Assembly: GCA_963721855.1 (NCBI GenBank)
Contig: CAVRMN010000043.1
Coordinates: 2,466 to 66,465 of the forward strand
Source: an uncultured Actinomycetota bacterium
GTDB lineage: Bacteria; Actinomycetota; Actinomycetes; Propionibacteriales; Nocardioidaceae
Direction: 5' to 3'
Length of the DNA: 64,000 bases
Notes under the pieces: model-generated
What the model was told of the DNA's origin: nothing
Databases searched by the model: none
The model's input: the letters and a program-made list of their open reading frames with translations, nothing else
Program-made: the position numbers and the translations under genes
In this document: positions 44,827-57,454 of the stretch, piece after piece
Numbering within the stretch: position 1 is the stretch's first letter
Layout: every line of letters starts with the position of its first letter

Positions 44827-46133
44827 GCCGGCTTGCCGTCGAGGACGGTGGGCTTGCCCCGCAGGAACGTCGCGACGACGCGGCCGGGCAGCTCCATGCC
44901 GGCGTACGGCGTGTTGCGCGACAGCGACGCGGTCTCGGTCGGGTCCACCACCCGGCGCGCCGCGGGGTCGTAGAGCACGACGTTCGCGGGCTCGCCGACC
45001 GCCAGCGGGCGGCCCTGCCCGGTGGCGCGGCCGATCTCGGCGGGCTTGGCCGACATGCGCTCGGCGACACCGGCCCAGTCGAGGAGGCCGGTGTCGACCA
45101 TCGTCCGCTGCACGATCGACAGGGCGGTCTCGAGGCCGACCATCCCGAACGCGGCGGCCTGCCACTCGCAGTCCTTGTCCTCGTGCGGGTGCGGGGCGTG
45201 GTCGGTGGCGACGATGTCGATCGTGCCGTCGGCCAGCCCGGCGCGCAGCGCCTCGACGTCGGCGGCCGAGCGCAGCGGCGGGTTCACCTTGTAGATCGGG
45301 TCGTAGGTCGCGGCCAGCTCGTCGGTCAGCAGCAGGTGGTGCGGGCAGGCCTCGGCGGTGACCGGCCAGCCCTTGCTCTTGGCCCAGCGCACGATCTCGA
45401 CCGACCCGGCGGTGGAGACGTGGCAGACGTGCAGCCGCGAGCCGACGTGCGCGGCGAGCAGGCAGTCGCGGGCGATGATCGCCTCCTCGGCGACCGCGGG
45501 CCAGCCCCGGAGACCGAGGCGGCCGGAGAGCTCGCCCTCGTTCATCTGGGCGTCCTCCGTGAGCCGCGGCTCCTGGGCGTGCTGCGCGACGACCCCGTCG
45601 AACGCCTTGACGTACTCCAGCGCGCGGCGCATCAGCACGGCGTCGGACACGCACTTGCCGTCGTCGGAGAAGACGCGGACGTGCGCGGCGGAGTCGGCCA
45701 TCGCCCCGAGCTCGGCGAGCCGCTCGCCCCCGAGCCCGACGGTGACCGCGCCGACCGGGTAGACGTCGCAGTGGCCGGCCTCGCGGCCGAGCCGCCAGAC
45801 CTGCTCGACGACGCCGGCGGTGTCGGCGACCGGGTCGGTGTTGGCCATCGCGAACACCGCGGTGAAGCCACCCAGGGCTGCGGCGAGCGTGCCGGTCTCG
45901 ACGGTCTCCGCGTCCTCGCGGCCGGGCTCGCGCAGGTGGGTGTGCAGGTCGACGAGGCCCGGCAGGGCGATGAGCCCCTCGGCGTCGATCACCTCGACGC
46001 CCTCGGTGGTTGAGGAGCGAGCTTGCGAGCGTCTCGAAACCTCCGAGACCTCCGCGATCACGCCGTCCTTCAGCAGCAGGTCGGTCGGCTCGCCGCCGAG
46101 GACCCGGGCGGACTTGATGAGGTACGTCGTCAT
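44823..46133 (-). CDS. pyrC: Dihydroorotase
   Basis: [17 protein letters not shown] and ATDHAPH motifs. Confidence 0.97.
   Translation of the reverse strand: MTTYLIKSARVLGGEPTDLLLKDGVIAEVSEVSRRSQARSSTTEGVEVIDAEGLIALPGLVDLHTHLREPGREDAETVETGTLAAALGGFTAVFAMANTDPVADTAGVVEQVWRLGREAGHCDVYPVGAVTVGLGGERLAELGAMADSAAHVRVFSDDGKCVSDAVLMRRALEYVKAFDGVVAQHAQEPRLTEDAQMNEGELSGRLGLRGWPAVAEEAIIARDCLLAAHVGSRLHVCHVSTAGSVEIVRWAKSKGWPVTAEACPHHLLLTDELAATYDPIYKVNPPLRSAADVEALRAGLADGTIDIVATDHAPHPHEDKDCEWQAAAFGMVGLETALSIVQRTMVDTGLLDWAGVAERMSAKPAEIGRATGQGRPLAVGEPANVVLYDPAARRVVDPTETASLSRNTPYAGMELPGRVVATFLRGKPTVLDGKPA
46005..46041. repeat. Long REP-like palindrome inside pyrC (GGTGGTTGAGGAGCGAGCTTGCGAGCGTCTCGAAACC)
   Basis: Both arms identical to the copy at 51418-51455, which is inverted; encodes [12 protein letters not shown] with codons rare for this genome. 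Confidence 0.88.
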
Positions 46134-47103
46134 TCGGCCGTCTCCTGGCTCGTCGTGCCCGTCGGCCCGTCGTGCCGACGGCGGGTTCGCTGCCTCCGAG
46201 CAGCAGGTAGAGCACGGCCATCCGGACGGCGACGCCGTTGGTGACCTGCTCGACGATCACCGAGCGGTCCGAGTCGGCGACGTCGGCGGTGATCTCCATG
46301 CCGCGGATCATCGGGCCGGGGTGCATCACGATGGTGTGGTCCTGCAGGGTCGCCATCCGGCGGCCGTCGAGGCCGTAGCGGCGGCTGTACTCCCGCACGG
46401 TCGGGAAGAACGACGCGTTCATGCGCTCCTTCTGGACCCGGAGCATCATCACCACGTCGGTCTTGGGCAGCACCGCGTCGAGGTCGTACGACGTCTCCAC
46501 GTCCCAGCCGTCCACCCCGAAGGGCAGCAGCGTCGGTGGGCCGACCAGCGTGACCTCGGCACCGAGCGTCTTCAGCAGCAGCGCGTTGGAGCGCGCCACC
46601 CGGCTGTGCAGCACGTCGCCGACGATCGCGACCCGGCGGCCGTCGAGCGGGCCCAGGTGGCGCCACATGGTGAAGGCGTCCAGCAGTGCCTGGGTGGGGT
46701 GCTCGTGGGTGCCGTCGCCGGCGTTGACCACGCTGGAGCGCGACCAGCCGGCGTTGGCCAGCAGGTGCGGGGCGCCCGAGGCCCAGTGCCGCACGACGAC
46801 GGCGTCGGCGCCCATGGCCTCGAGGGTGAGCGAGGTGTCCTTGAGCGACTCGCCCTTGCTCAGGCTGGAGCCCTTCGCGGAGAAGTTGATGACGTCGGCG
46901 CTGAGCCGCTTGGCCGCGGCCTCGAACGAGATCCGGGTGCGCGTCGAGTCCTCGAAGAACAGGTTGACGATCGTGCGGCCCCGCAGCGCGGGCAGCTTCT
47001 TGATCGGCCGGTCGGCCAGCGAGCGCATCTCCTCGGCGGTGGCGAGGATCAGCTCGGCGTCGTCGCGGGTCAGGTCGCCGGCGCTCAGCAGGTGCTTCTT
47101 CAT
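46130..47103 (-). CDS. pyrB: Aspartate carbamoyltransferase (frameshift in the C-terminal tail near 46170)
   Basis: [21 protein letters not shown] and MHPGP motifs. The likely stop (ETAE*) overlaps the pyrC ATG in another frame. Confidence 0.95.
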
Positions 47104-47660
47104 GCGGAGACCCCCTCGATCGTCACGGCGTCCTCGCCGTCGAACTCGGCGAGCCGCACCGAGACCTTCTCGACCAGGGAGGTCGGGAGGTTCTTGCCGA
47201 CGAAGTCCGCCCGGATGGGCAGCTCGCGGTGGCCGCGGTCGACGAGCACCGCCAGCCGGACCGCCTGCGGGCGGCCGAGGTCGTTCATGGCGTCGAGCGC
47301 GGCGCGGATGGTGCGGCCGGAGAACAGCACGTCGTCGACGAGGACGACGACCTTGCCGTCGATGCCGCCGGTCGGGATGTCGGTGGGCATCAGCGTGCGG
47401 GCCGGCCGCATCCGCAGGTCGTCGCGGTACATCGTCACGTCGAGCGAGCCGACCGGGACGTCGATCCCCTCGACGGAGGCGATGCGCTCGGCGATGCGCT
47501 TCGCGAGCGGCACCCCGCGCGACGGGATGCCGAGCAGGAGGAGGTCCGAGGCGCCCTTGTTGCGCTCGAGGATCTCGTGGGCGATGCGGGTGAGTGCGCG
47601 GGAGACGTCACGCGCGTCCATCACGGTGCTGGCGGCTTGGGCCGAAGTGCGGGCAGGCAT
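47100..47660 (-). CDS. pyrR: Pyrimidine operon regulator / uracil phosphoribosyltransferase
   Basis: [20 protein letters not shown] and [12 protein letters not shown] motifs; ATG at 47660. Confidence 0.96.
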   Translation of the reverse strand: MPARTSAQAASTVMDARDVSRALTRIAHEILERNKGASDLLLLGIPSRGVPLAKRIAERIASVEGIDVPVGSLDVTMYRDDLRMRPARTLMPTDIPTGGIDGKVVVLVDDVLFSGRTIRAALDAMNDLGRPQAVRLAVLVDRGHRELPIRADFVGKNLPTSLVEKVSVRLAEFDGEDAVTIEGVSA

Positions 47661-47672
47661 CAGCGTGCCGGA

Positions 47673-47710
47673 CCTCCTTCTCCGCCTCACAGGACGGCTC
47701 GTTAAAGGAT
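47673..47710 (-). promoter_or_regulatory. PyrR RNA-binding loop overlapping the pyrR Shine-Dalgarno
   Basis: TCCTTTAACGAGCCGTCCTGTGAGGCGGAGAAGGAGG matches the CUUUAA...GUCCnGnGAGGCnGAGAAGG consensus. Confidence 0.85.
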
Positions 47711-47741
47711 GTCGATCGGGTCGAGCGTAACAGGCGCCCGG

Positions 47742-47858
47742 CTACTCCGGGATGGGCGGTCCGACGACCTCGAGGCCGTAGCGCGGGCCGACCTCGTTCC
47801 AGCGGGCGATCTCGTCGGCCATCGGCAGGCCGTCGTCGCCGGGGAGGCGCAGCTCCGT
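47742..47858 (-). pseudogene. 3' remnant of a cupin/quercetinase-like gene
   Basis: Reads TELRLPGDDGLPMADEIARWNEVGPRYGLEVVGPPIPE* with no N-terminus. Confidence 0.5.
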
Positions 47859-47860
47859 GG

Positions 47861-48117
47861 GCGGCCCGCTCGCTGTTCACCGGACGGGGGTACGCCGACA
47901 CGTCGGTCGCCGAGGTGGCCCGCCGCGCGAAGGTGTCCGTCGACACCGTCTGAGGTGCGCAGCGCACCTGCGGACGCGCGCGGAGGGGACCCGGGCGGCC
48001 GCGCTGGACAGGTCAACGAGCGACGTGCCGCGAACATGCTGCTCTTCGCGCAGGACCTGCGCGGCACGGGCCGGCTGCGCGGTGACCTCAGCGACGAGGA
48101 GGTCGCCGACGTTGTCG
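47861..48117 (+). pseudogene. Fragmented TetR-family regulator
   Basis: HTH AARSLFTGRGYADTSVAEVARRAKVSVDTV* then C-domain fragment ERRAANMLLFAQDL..GRLRGDLSDEEVADVV; no start, internal deletion. Confidence 0.75.
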
Positions 48118-49471
48118 TCAGCCCAGGTCGCCGAGCGCCGCCTCGACGGCGCGGTGGAACGTCGGGTAGGCGTAGATCATCGACCGCAGGGTCTCGGTCG
48201 GCACCCGGGCGTGCACCGCGGTGGTCAGCATCGAGAGCACCTCCCCGCCCGACGGGCCCACGGCAGTGGCGCCGACGAGCACGCCCCGGTCGGCGTCCTC
48301 GACGAGCTTGACCAGCCCTTCGCCCTTGGCGATCCAGCCGCGGGTGGAGGAGGCCAGGTCGGTGACACCGACCCGGACGTTCAGCCCGGCGTCGCGGGCC
48401 TGCTGCTCGGTCAGCCCGACCGACCCCACCTCCGGGTCCGTGAAGGTGACCCGGGGCACCGCGTGGTAGGCCGCCTCGGGACCGTCCTGGCCGAGGATGT
48501 CGCGCACCGCGATCGCCGCCTGGTACATCGACATGTGGGTGAAGGCTCCCTTGCCGGTGATGTCGCCGATCGCCCAGAGTCCGTCACCGGCCCGCATCCG
48601 CTCGTCGACCTCGACTGCGCGGGCGGACGGGTCGAGACCCACGCTGTCCAGCCCCAGGTCGGCCAGGTTCGTGCGGCGCCCGGCCGCGACGAGCAGCTTG
48701 TCGGCGTGCAGCTGCGTGACCGTCCACGTGGACCGTGAACCGGCCGTCGGCACAGGCGACGGACGCGATGGTGGCCCCGGTCAGCACCTGGATGCCGTCC
48801 CGGGCGAAGACGTCGGCGAGCAGCCGGCTGGACTCCGGCTCCTCGGGCGCCAGGAGGCGGTCGGCGACCTCCAGCACGGTCACCTGCACGCCGAAGCGCG
48901 CGAACGCCTGGGCCATCTCCGCGCCGATGGCCCCGCCGCCGATGACGATGAGGCTCGCGGGCAGCGTCTCCACCTGCACGGCGTCGCGGTTGGTCCAGTA
49001 GGGCGTGTCCGCGAGGCCCTCGATCGGCGGCGCCACCGGCTCGGTCCCCGTGTTCAGCACCACGCCCCTGGCCGCGGCGTACGTCGTACCGTCCACCTCG
49101 ACCTGGCGCGGCCCGGTGAGCCGGGCGCTGCCGCGCACGAACGTGACCCCGGCAGCCACCAGCCGGTCGACGGCGATCTGGTCGTCCCAGTCGGTGGTGG
49201 CCTCGTCGCGGATGCGCGCGTGCACCGGCGACCAGTCGGGGGTCACGGTGCTCTGGCCGGCGAGCCCCGGGACGCGCCGGGCCTCGGCCAGCGCGTCGGC
49301 GGCGCGGACCATCATCTTGCTGGGGACGCACCCGTAGTAGGGGCACTCGCCCCCGACCAGCCGGCGGTCGACCCCCACGACGCTCAGCCCGGCCTGCGCC
49401 AGCTGGGTCGCGACGGCCTCCCCGCCCGGGCCGAGGCCAATGACTACGACGTCCACCTGCTCTGGATCCAT
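48118..49471 (-). CDS. Pyridine nucleotide-disulfide oxidoreductase class I (Lpd/MerA-like), frameshift near 48725
   Basis: GLGPGG, GGECPYYGCVPSK, GGGAIG, WAIGDI and YAYPTF motifs across two ORFs. Confidence 0.88.
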
Positions 49472-49504
49472 TCCCCCACTCAAGCACGGAGGACGAAGGG
49501 CGGG

Positions 49505-49915
49505 TCAGAGTGCGAGCGTGGCCTTGTCGCGGACGATGTTGCCGAGGACGCCGTTGACGAAGTTCGGCGACTCGTCGGTGGACAGGTCGCGGACGAGGTT
49601 CATCGCCTCGCTGACCGCGACGGCGTCGGGCGTCTCGTCGACGTACATCACCTCGAGGACGCCGAGCCGCAGCACGTTGCGGTCCACGGTCGGCATCCGC
49701 TCCAGGGACCAGCCCTGGGCGTAGGTGGAGATGACCTCGTCGATGCGGGCCTGGTGCTCGATGATCCCGCGGATCAGCGTGACGGTGTAGTCGTTGACCG
49801 GGGGCTCTGCGGCGAGCACGCGGTCGTCGAGCGTCTCACCGAGCGGGGTTCCGCGGACCTCGCACTCGAAGAGGATGTCGAGGGCACGCTTGCGTGCCTT
49901 GGATCGGGCTGCCAT
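49505..49915 (-). CDS. nusB: Transcription antitermination factor
   Basis: RSKARKRAL, VDRNVLR and FVNGVL motifs. Confidence 0.96.
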   Translation of the reverse strand: MAARSKARKRALDILFECEVRGTPLGETLDDRVLAAEPPVNDYTVTLIRGIIEHQARIDEVISTYAQGWSLERMPTVDRNVLRLGVLEVMYVDETPDAVAVSEAMNLVRDLSTDESPNFVNGVLGNIVRDKATLAL

Positions 49916-50478
49916 CAGGAGCTGACGCGGCCCAGGTAGCTGCTGTCGCGGGTGTCGACCTTGATCTTCTCGCCCGTGGTGATGAACAGCGGGACGGCGA
50001 TCTCGTGACCGGTCTCGAGACGGGCCGGCTTGGTGCCGCCGGTGGAGCGGTCACCCTGCAGGCCGGGCTCGGTGTACTCGACGAGCAGCTCCACCGAGGC
50101 GGGCAGCTCGATGTAGAGCACGCGGCCCTCGTTGGTCGCCACGATGGCGTCCTGGTTCTCGAGCAGGAAGTTCTTCGCGTCGCCGACGATCTCCGGCGAG
50201 ACCTCGGTCTGCTCGAAGGTGGCGGTGTCCATGAAGACGTAGCTGGTGCCGTCGTTGTAGAGGTACTGCATCGTCCGCTTGTCGACGTTGGCGATCTCGA
50301 CCTTCACGTCGGCGTTGAACGTCTTGTCCACGGTCTTGCCGGACCCGATGTTCTTCAGCTTGGTGCGCACGACAGCGCCGCCCTTGCCCGGCTTGTGGTG
50401 CTGGAACCAGATCACGGACCAGAGCTGGCCGTCCAGGTTGAGAACCATGCCGTTCTTGAGGTCGTTGGTCGTTGCCAT
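49915..50478 (-). CDS. efp: Elongation factor P
   Basis: [27 protein letters not shown] and VPLFI motifs. Confidence 0.98.
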   Translation of the reverse strand: MATTNDLKNGMVLNLDGQLWSVIWFQHHKPGKGGAVVRTKLKNIGSGKTVDKTFNADVKVEIANVDKRTMQYLYNDGTSYVFMDTATFEQTEVSPEIVGDAKNFLLENQDAIVATNEGRVLYIELPASVELLVEYTEPGLQGDRSTGGTKPARLETGHEIAVPLFITTGEKIKVDTRDSSYLGRVSS

Positions 50479-50633
50479 CGCGCAGTCAATGCCTTCGTGT
50501 GGAGGTGGTTCCGGAGATGTCGGGCCGCCCGTACGGCAGCAGCCGCCCAGTCTAGCCAACGGCCACGCGCCCACCGAATCAGCAGGCTTTCCCCGCACTC
50601 GCCGGTCATCCGGACCGCGCAGGCTCGGGAATT

Positions 50634-51106
50634 TCAAGTGAGGTGGGTACCGGTGGCGCCGGGGCTCGAGGCGCTACCGGTCAGACCCGGGGATTCAGGG
50701 AGAACCCCGAGCTCGTCGTGGATGCCGAGAAACGCTGCGACCCGGCGCAGCGTCGGCTGCGCGCGGCAGGTCATGACCGTATGACCCGCTCCTCTGGCCC
50801 GGCGAGCGAACAGGGCGAGCTGGCCAGCGTCCTGACATCGGCAAACCTCAGCTCGCCGACGTGAAGGTGCACGGACTGATGTTCGGCCAGCTGAACAGCG
50901 TCCAAGGCGGTATCGAGCTCGGCGGCAGTTGCAATGTCCGCTTCCCCCCGGAGCAGAATCCAGACACTCGAGGGGTGGGTGACGGTGTCAACGTACAGCT
51001 GGCGTGCGTCGGCTAGTCCGTTGGTGACAGACACGTGACTTCCCGGCCCTGAAGCGGCGACTTCACCCGGACCCGCTCCGTGTTGGTTGCTCGCCGGGAG
51101 TGACAA
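50634..51106 (-). CDS. STAS-domain (anti-sigma-factor antagonist-like) protein, frameshift near 50822
   Basis: [13 protein letters not shown] and LRFADVRTL, continuing in a shifted frame as [33 protein letters not shown]. Confidence 0.65.
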
Positions 51107-51160
51107 TGGTCTGATTGACCGCGCACGAGGAACCCGTCGGTCCTTTGACTGTACGACCGA

Positions 51161-51337
51161 TCACCCCACGAGACCAGCGCCGCCCTGCAACGCGCTGGCA
51201 TCGGCAGTTGCGGGGTCCGCCCAGTGCGCCGCCAACGCCAGCTCCGCCGCCTCCGCCTCGACCAGCCGGGCATGGTTCGCGACCAGGGCATCGGCCGCAG
51301 CCTGCCCATCGGTCACCTCGATCCACCGCAGCTCCAT
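51161..51337 (-). pseudogene. Truncated DUF222-like N-terminus (58 aa)
   Basis: MELRWIEVTDGQAAADALVANHARLVEAEAAELALAAHWAD then unrelated sequence; resembles EIFLAAAHYADL of the 20955 protein and has the same promoter motif. Confidence 0.6.
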
Positions 51338-51343
51338 GGACAG

Positions 51344-51365
51344 ACCCTACGAGCAGCCACCGACA
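51344..51365 (-). promoter_or_regulatory. PafBC/RecA-NDp-type promoter (full consensus match)
   Basis: TGTCGG-TGGCTGCTCG-TAGGGT-N6-ATG. Confidence 0.75.
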
Positions 51366-51417
51366 GTTCCCGGACCCGCAAACCGTTGCGCACAAAGGGA
51401 AACCACCGGATCACAGT

Positions 51418-51446
51418 GGTTTCGAGACGCTCACTCCGTTCGCTCC

Positions 51447-51455
<9 letters not shown>
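51418..51455. repeat. Long REP-like palindrome overlapping the aroQ stop codon
   Basis: Minus strand GGTGGTTGAGGAGCGAACGGAGTGAGCGTCTCGAAACC; its GGT GGT TGA ends aroQ. Confidence 0.88.
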
Positions 51456-53531
<2,076 letters not shown>

Positions 53532-53535
<4 letters not shown>

Positions 53536-54710
53536 TTGAACCTCAGGTTGGCCAGGTAGGAGTCGACGTTGCGGCGGGTCTCGGCGACCGAGTCCCCGCC
53601 GAACTTCTCCAGCACGACGTCGGCGAGCACCAGCGCGACCATCGCCTCGGCGACGATCCCGGCCGCGGGCACGGCACAGACGTCGGAGCGCTGGTGGTGC
53701 GCCACGGCCTCCTCGCCGGTCGCCACGTCGACGGTCCGCAGGGCGCGGGGCACCGTGGCGATCGGCTTCATCGCGGCCCGCACCCGCAGGGTCTCGCCCG
53801 TGGACATGCCGCCCTCGGTGCCGCCGGAGCGGCCCGACGTGCGACGGATCCCGTCGGCGGTGCTGACGATCTCGTCGTGGGCCTTCGACCCGGGGTCGGC
53901 GGCGAGACCGAAGCCGTCGCCGACCTCGACGCCCTTGATCGCCTGGATGCCCATCAGCGCGCCGGCCAGCTTGGCGTCGAGCCGCCGGTCCCAGTGCACG
54001 TGCGACCCGAGGCCGGGCGGCAGCCCGTGCACGACGACCTCGACGACGCCGCCGAGGGTGTCACCGTCCTTGTGGGCCTGGTCGATCGCGGCCACCATCT
54101 GCTTGCTGGTGTCGGGGTCGAGGCAGCGCACCGGGTCCTCGTCGAGGTAGGCCACGTCGGCCGCGGTCGGGACGGACCCGGCCGGCGAGGACACCGGGCC
54201 GAGGCCGACCACGTGGGAGACCACCTCCGCGCCGCAGGCCTGCTCCAGGAACGCGGTCGCGACCGCACCGAGGGCGACCCGGGCGGCCGTCTCACGCGCA
54301 GAGGCACGCTCGAGGATCGGGCGCGCCTCCTCGAAGTCGTACTTCTGCATGCCCACCAGGTCGGCGTGACCGGGCCGCGGCCGGGTCAGGGCGGCGTTGC
54401 GCGCCAGCGCCTCGAGCTCCGCCTCGTCGACCGGGTCGGCCGACATCACCTTGTCCCACTTGGGCCACTCGCTGTTGCCGATCCGGATCGCGACCGGGCT
54501 GCCGAGCGTCCGCCCGTGCCGCAGGCCACCGATGATCTCGATCTCGTCCTGCTCGAACTTCATCCGGGCGCCCCGGCCGTAGCCGAGCCGGCGCCGGGCC
54601 AACGCGTCGGCGATGTCGCCCGACGTCACCGAGACGTGGGCCGGAAGTCCTTCGAGGACGGCGACCAGGGCAGGGCCGTGGGACTCGCCCGCAGTGAGCC
54701 AACGCAGCAT
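53532..54710 (-). CDS. aroC: Chorismate synthase
   Basis: [22 protein letters not shown] and GGTEGGMS motifs. Confidence 0.98.
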
Positions 54711-54744
54711 GGGGCCAGTGTTTCACGCGGCCCGGCGCGCGAGA

Positions 54745-55473
54745 TCAGGCGTACCAGTCGGCGACATAGGGCCCGAACAGGACACCGACCACGGCGCCGA
54801 CGAGCATGAACGGCCCGAACGGGTAGGCCTTGCGGTCCACGACCCGCAGCAGCGAGAGCAGCCCGCCGCCGAGACCTCCGATGATGAAGCCGGCGTACAC
54901 CCCGACCAGCAGCTCGCTCCAGCCGAGGTAGCCCAGCGCGATCCCGAGCACGCCGGAGAGCCGGACGTCGCCGTAGCCCATCCCCCGCGGGTAGATGAAC
55001 CAGAGCAGGAAGAACGTGCCGCCGGCGACCAGCCAGCCCAGCCCGGCCGTGACCAGCGCGTCGAGGTCGGACTCCGACCAGGCGGCGACCGCGGCGAGGG
55101 CGCCGACGACGAGGTACGACGGGGCGATCACCTTCGTGGGGAGCAGCCGGGTCCGCCAGTCGATCACCGCGAGCGCGACGCCGACCGGCGCCAGGTAGAG
55201 CAGGAACGACAGCGCGGGCGACCAGCCGACCGCGGCGCCCATCAGCCCGGCGACCACCGCCGTCGCGAGGGACGCCTTCCAGCGCAGCCCGCGGCGCCGG
55301 GCGATGTCGGCGTAGAGCTCCTTCGGCTCCTCCGCGACCGGCGCTCCCCCGTCCTCCGCGTCCGGGTCCTCGGGCTCGGGCTCGGGCACCCGCGCGATCA
55401 GCGCGGGCACGACCTGGCCCATCAGCAGCCCGTAGAGGGCGCATGCCACGGCGGTGTCGAGGTGCCAGTCCAC
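54745..55473 (-). CDS. A24-family (prepilin) peptidase
   Basis: AVIDWRTRLLP, GMGYGDVRL and PFGPFM motifs; multi-TM. Confidence 0.88.
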   Translation of the reverse strand: MDWHLDTAVACALYGLLMGQVVPALIARVPEPEPEDPDAEDGGAPVAEEPKELYADIARRRGLRWKASLATAVVAGLMGAAVGWSPALSFLLYLAPVGVALAVIDWRTRLLPTKVIAPSYLVVGALAAVAAWSESDLDALVTAGLGWLVAGGTFFLLWFIYPRGMGYGDVRLSGVLGIALGYLGWSELLVGVYAGFIIGGLGGGLLSLLRVVDRKAYPFGPFMLVGAVVGVLFGPYVADWYA

Positions 55474-55482
55474 GCCGCGACC

Positions 55483-56289
55483 CTAGCCAGTTCCGGCCGG
55501 GAGGGCGGCGCGCATCGCCGCTACCGGCGCGGGAAGCCCGGTCATCAGCTCCACCTGGAGCGCGGCCTGGTGCAGCAGCAGATCGAGGCCGGACACCAGC
55601 GGCCGGCCGAGCCGCACCGCAGCCTCGGCCAGCGGCGTCGGCCACGGGTCGTAGACCACCTCGAACACGACCCCGGCGGAACCCGCGAGCGCGACCAGCG
55701 CGGGCGTCTGCGCCGTCGCCGGGATCGTCGACACCAGGACGTCGCCCGGCCCGCCCGGGTCGTCGAGGAGGCGTACGTCGACCCGTGGCGCCCGCGGGTG
55801 GCGGGCCACCGCCTCGAGCGTCTCCCCCGCCCGGGCGGGGTCGCGCACCAGCAGGGTGGCCGACCGGCAGCCGAGGTCGGCGAGCGCCAGCAGGAGCGAC
55901 GCCGCGGTGGCGCCGCCGCCGAGCACGGTCGCGGTGCCGAACGGCCCGTCGTAGCGCTCGGTCAGGGCCGCCACAGCCCCCGGCACGTCGGTGTTGTCGC
56001 CGATCCGCCGACCGTCCTCGAGGACGACCGTGTTGGCGGCCCCCGCCTGCCGCGCGCGGGGCGACGCCTCGTCGAGCAGCGGCATCACCGCCCGCTTGAG
56101 CGGCATCGTCAGCGAGAGCCCGCGCCAGGACTCGTCGAGGCCGTCGAGGAAGGCCCGCAGGCCGTCCTCGCGGACCTCGACGGCGTCGTACTCCCAGTCC
56201 AGGCCGAGCTCGGCGTAGGCGGCCCGGTGCAGCACCGGGGAGAGCGAGTGCCCGATCGGGCTGCCGAGGACGGCACAACGTCGACGCAT
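55483..56289 (-). CDS. aroE: Shikimate dehydrogenase
   Basis: GSPIGHSLSP, SLTMPLK, NTD and LLHQA motifs. Confidence 0.95.
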   Translation of the reverse strand: MRRRCAVLGSPIGHSLSPVLHRAAYAELGLDWEYDAVEVREDGLRAFLDGLDESWRGLSLTMPLKRAVMPLLDEASPRARQAGAANTVVLEDGRRIGDNTDVPGAVAALTERYDGPFGTATVLGGGATAASLLLALADLGCRSATLLVRDPARAGETLEAVARHPRAPRVDVRLLDDPGGPGDVLVSTIPATAQTPALVALAGSAGVVFEVVYDPWPTPLAEAAVRLGRPLVSGLDLLLHQAALQVELMTGLPAPVAAMRAALPAGTG

Positions 56290-56293
56290 CGGA

Positions 56294-57415
56294 TCAGCAG
56301 TTGTCCGACTGGGTCGCGCAGTAGTCCTTGTACTCGTTCTTGAACGTCAGGAACTCGTCGTAGTCGTCGGTGAACTTGGTCTCGCCGGTGCGCAGGTTCA
56401 CCGTCACGTAGTAGATCCACGGCCCGTCGGTCGGGTGGGCGGCCGCCTCGATGGCGGCGTCGCCGGGTGCCTCGATCGGCGTCGGCGGCAGGCCGGGGTT
56501 CTTGTAGGTGTTGTAGGGCGAGTCGATCTCCAGGTCCTCGGTGGTCAGCGCGACGCCGAGGTCACGGTCGTGCGCGTAGTTCACCGCCGCGTCGATCTGG
56601 AGCAGGTGGTTGGTCGCGTCGGTCTCGACCCTGTTGTAGATCACCCGGGCGACCTTGCCGCGGTCGGCGTCGCGGTTGGACTCGGCCTCGACGAGGCTCG
56701 CCACGACCATCAGCTCGGCAGGGGTGTAGCCCAGCCGCTGCGCCGCCTCCTCGAGGTCGGCTTCCTCGGCGGCGGACCGCCACCGCTCGACCATCATCGA
56801 GAGGATCGACTTCGGAGTGGCGTTGGGCGGGACCATGTAGGTCGCCGGGAAGAGGTAGCCCTCGGCGTTGCCGTTGGCGTACTTCGGCAGCCCGATGGAC
56901 TTCGGGTCGCGGAGGACACGCTGGTACTGGCGCGCGGAGAAGTCGGTCTTGTCCGCCAGCCGCGCGACGATCTGCTCGACCGTCCAGCCCTCGGGGATGG
57001 TCAGGGCGTCCTGGATCAGGTTGCTCGGGTCGATCAGCAGGCCGAGCGCGGACTCGGCCGACATCTGCTTGCGGAGCTTGTAGAAGCCCACCTGGATGCC
57101 CACCGACTCGGGGTTCTCCTGGGCGGCGTCGGTGAACGCCTCGACGCTCTTGACGACGTCCTTCTCCTTGAGCGTGACCGCGATGTCGGAGGAGCTGTCA
57201 CCGTCGTGCACCTCGACGAGCACGGAGCCCGATCCGGCACCGCTGTAGTCCGGCGGCGGGCTGAACCGTTCCTTGAGCGCGCTCATCCCGGTCGTCGCGG
57301 CGAAGTAGCCGCCGCCGACCAGGACCACGAGCGCGATGAGCACCGCAAGGCAGCCGAACCCACGGCGTGGCTTGTGCTTGCGGTGGGTCCCGAGGTCAAG
57401 TCCGAGTTCGCTCAA
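56294..57415 (-). CDS. mltG: Endolytic transglycosylase
   Basis: N-terminal TM; EGYLFPATY, ASLVEAE and SPYNTY..GLPPTPI motifs. Confidence 0.93.
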   Translation of the reverse strand: MSELGLDLGTHRKHKPRRGFGCLAVLIALVVLVGGGYFAATTGMSALKERFSPPPDYSGAGSGSVLVEVHDGDSSSDIAVTLKEKDVVKSVEAFTDAAQENPESVGIQVGFYKLRKQMSAESALGLLIDPSNLIQDALTIPEGWTVEQIVARLADKTDFSARQYQRVLRDPKSIGLPKYANGNAEGYLFPATYMVPPNATPKSILSMMVERWRSAAEEADLEEAAQRLGYTPAELMVVASLVEAESNRDADRGKVARVIYNRVETDATNHLLQIDAAVNYAHDRDLGVALTTEDLEIDSPYNTYKNPGLPPTPIEAPGDAAIEAAAHPTDGPWIYYVTVNLRTGETKFTDDYDEFLTFKNEYKDYCATQSDNC

Positions 57416-57454
57416 CGGCCTGCTTCACACCAATCCCTGTTTCGCCCCGTGCTG

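Noticed and set aside
43831-47103. 1090-aa ORF suggesting a PyrB fusion protein
   Set aside because: Read-through from a frameshift in the pyrB tail; the middle is out-of-frame pyrC sequence and the end is the separate 44306-44826 gene.
48118-49471. Mercuric reductase merA
   Set aside because: No C-terminal Cys pair, no metal-binding N-domain and no mer genes nearby.
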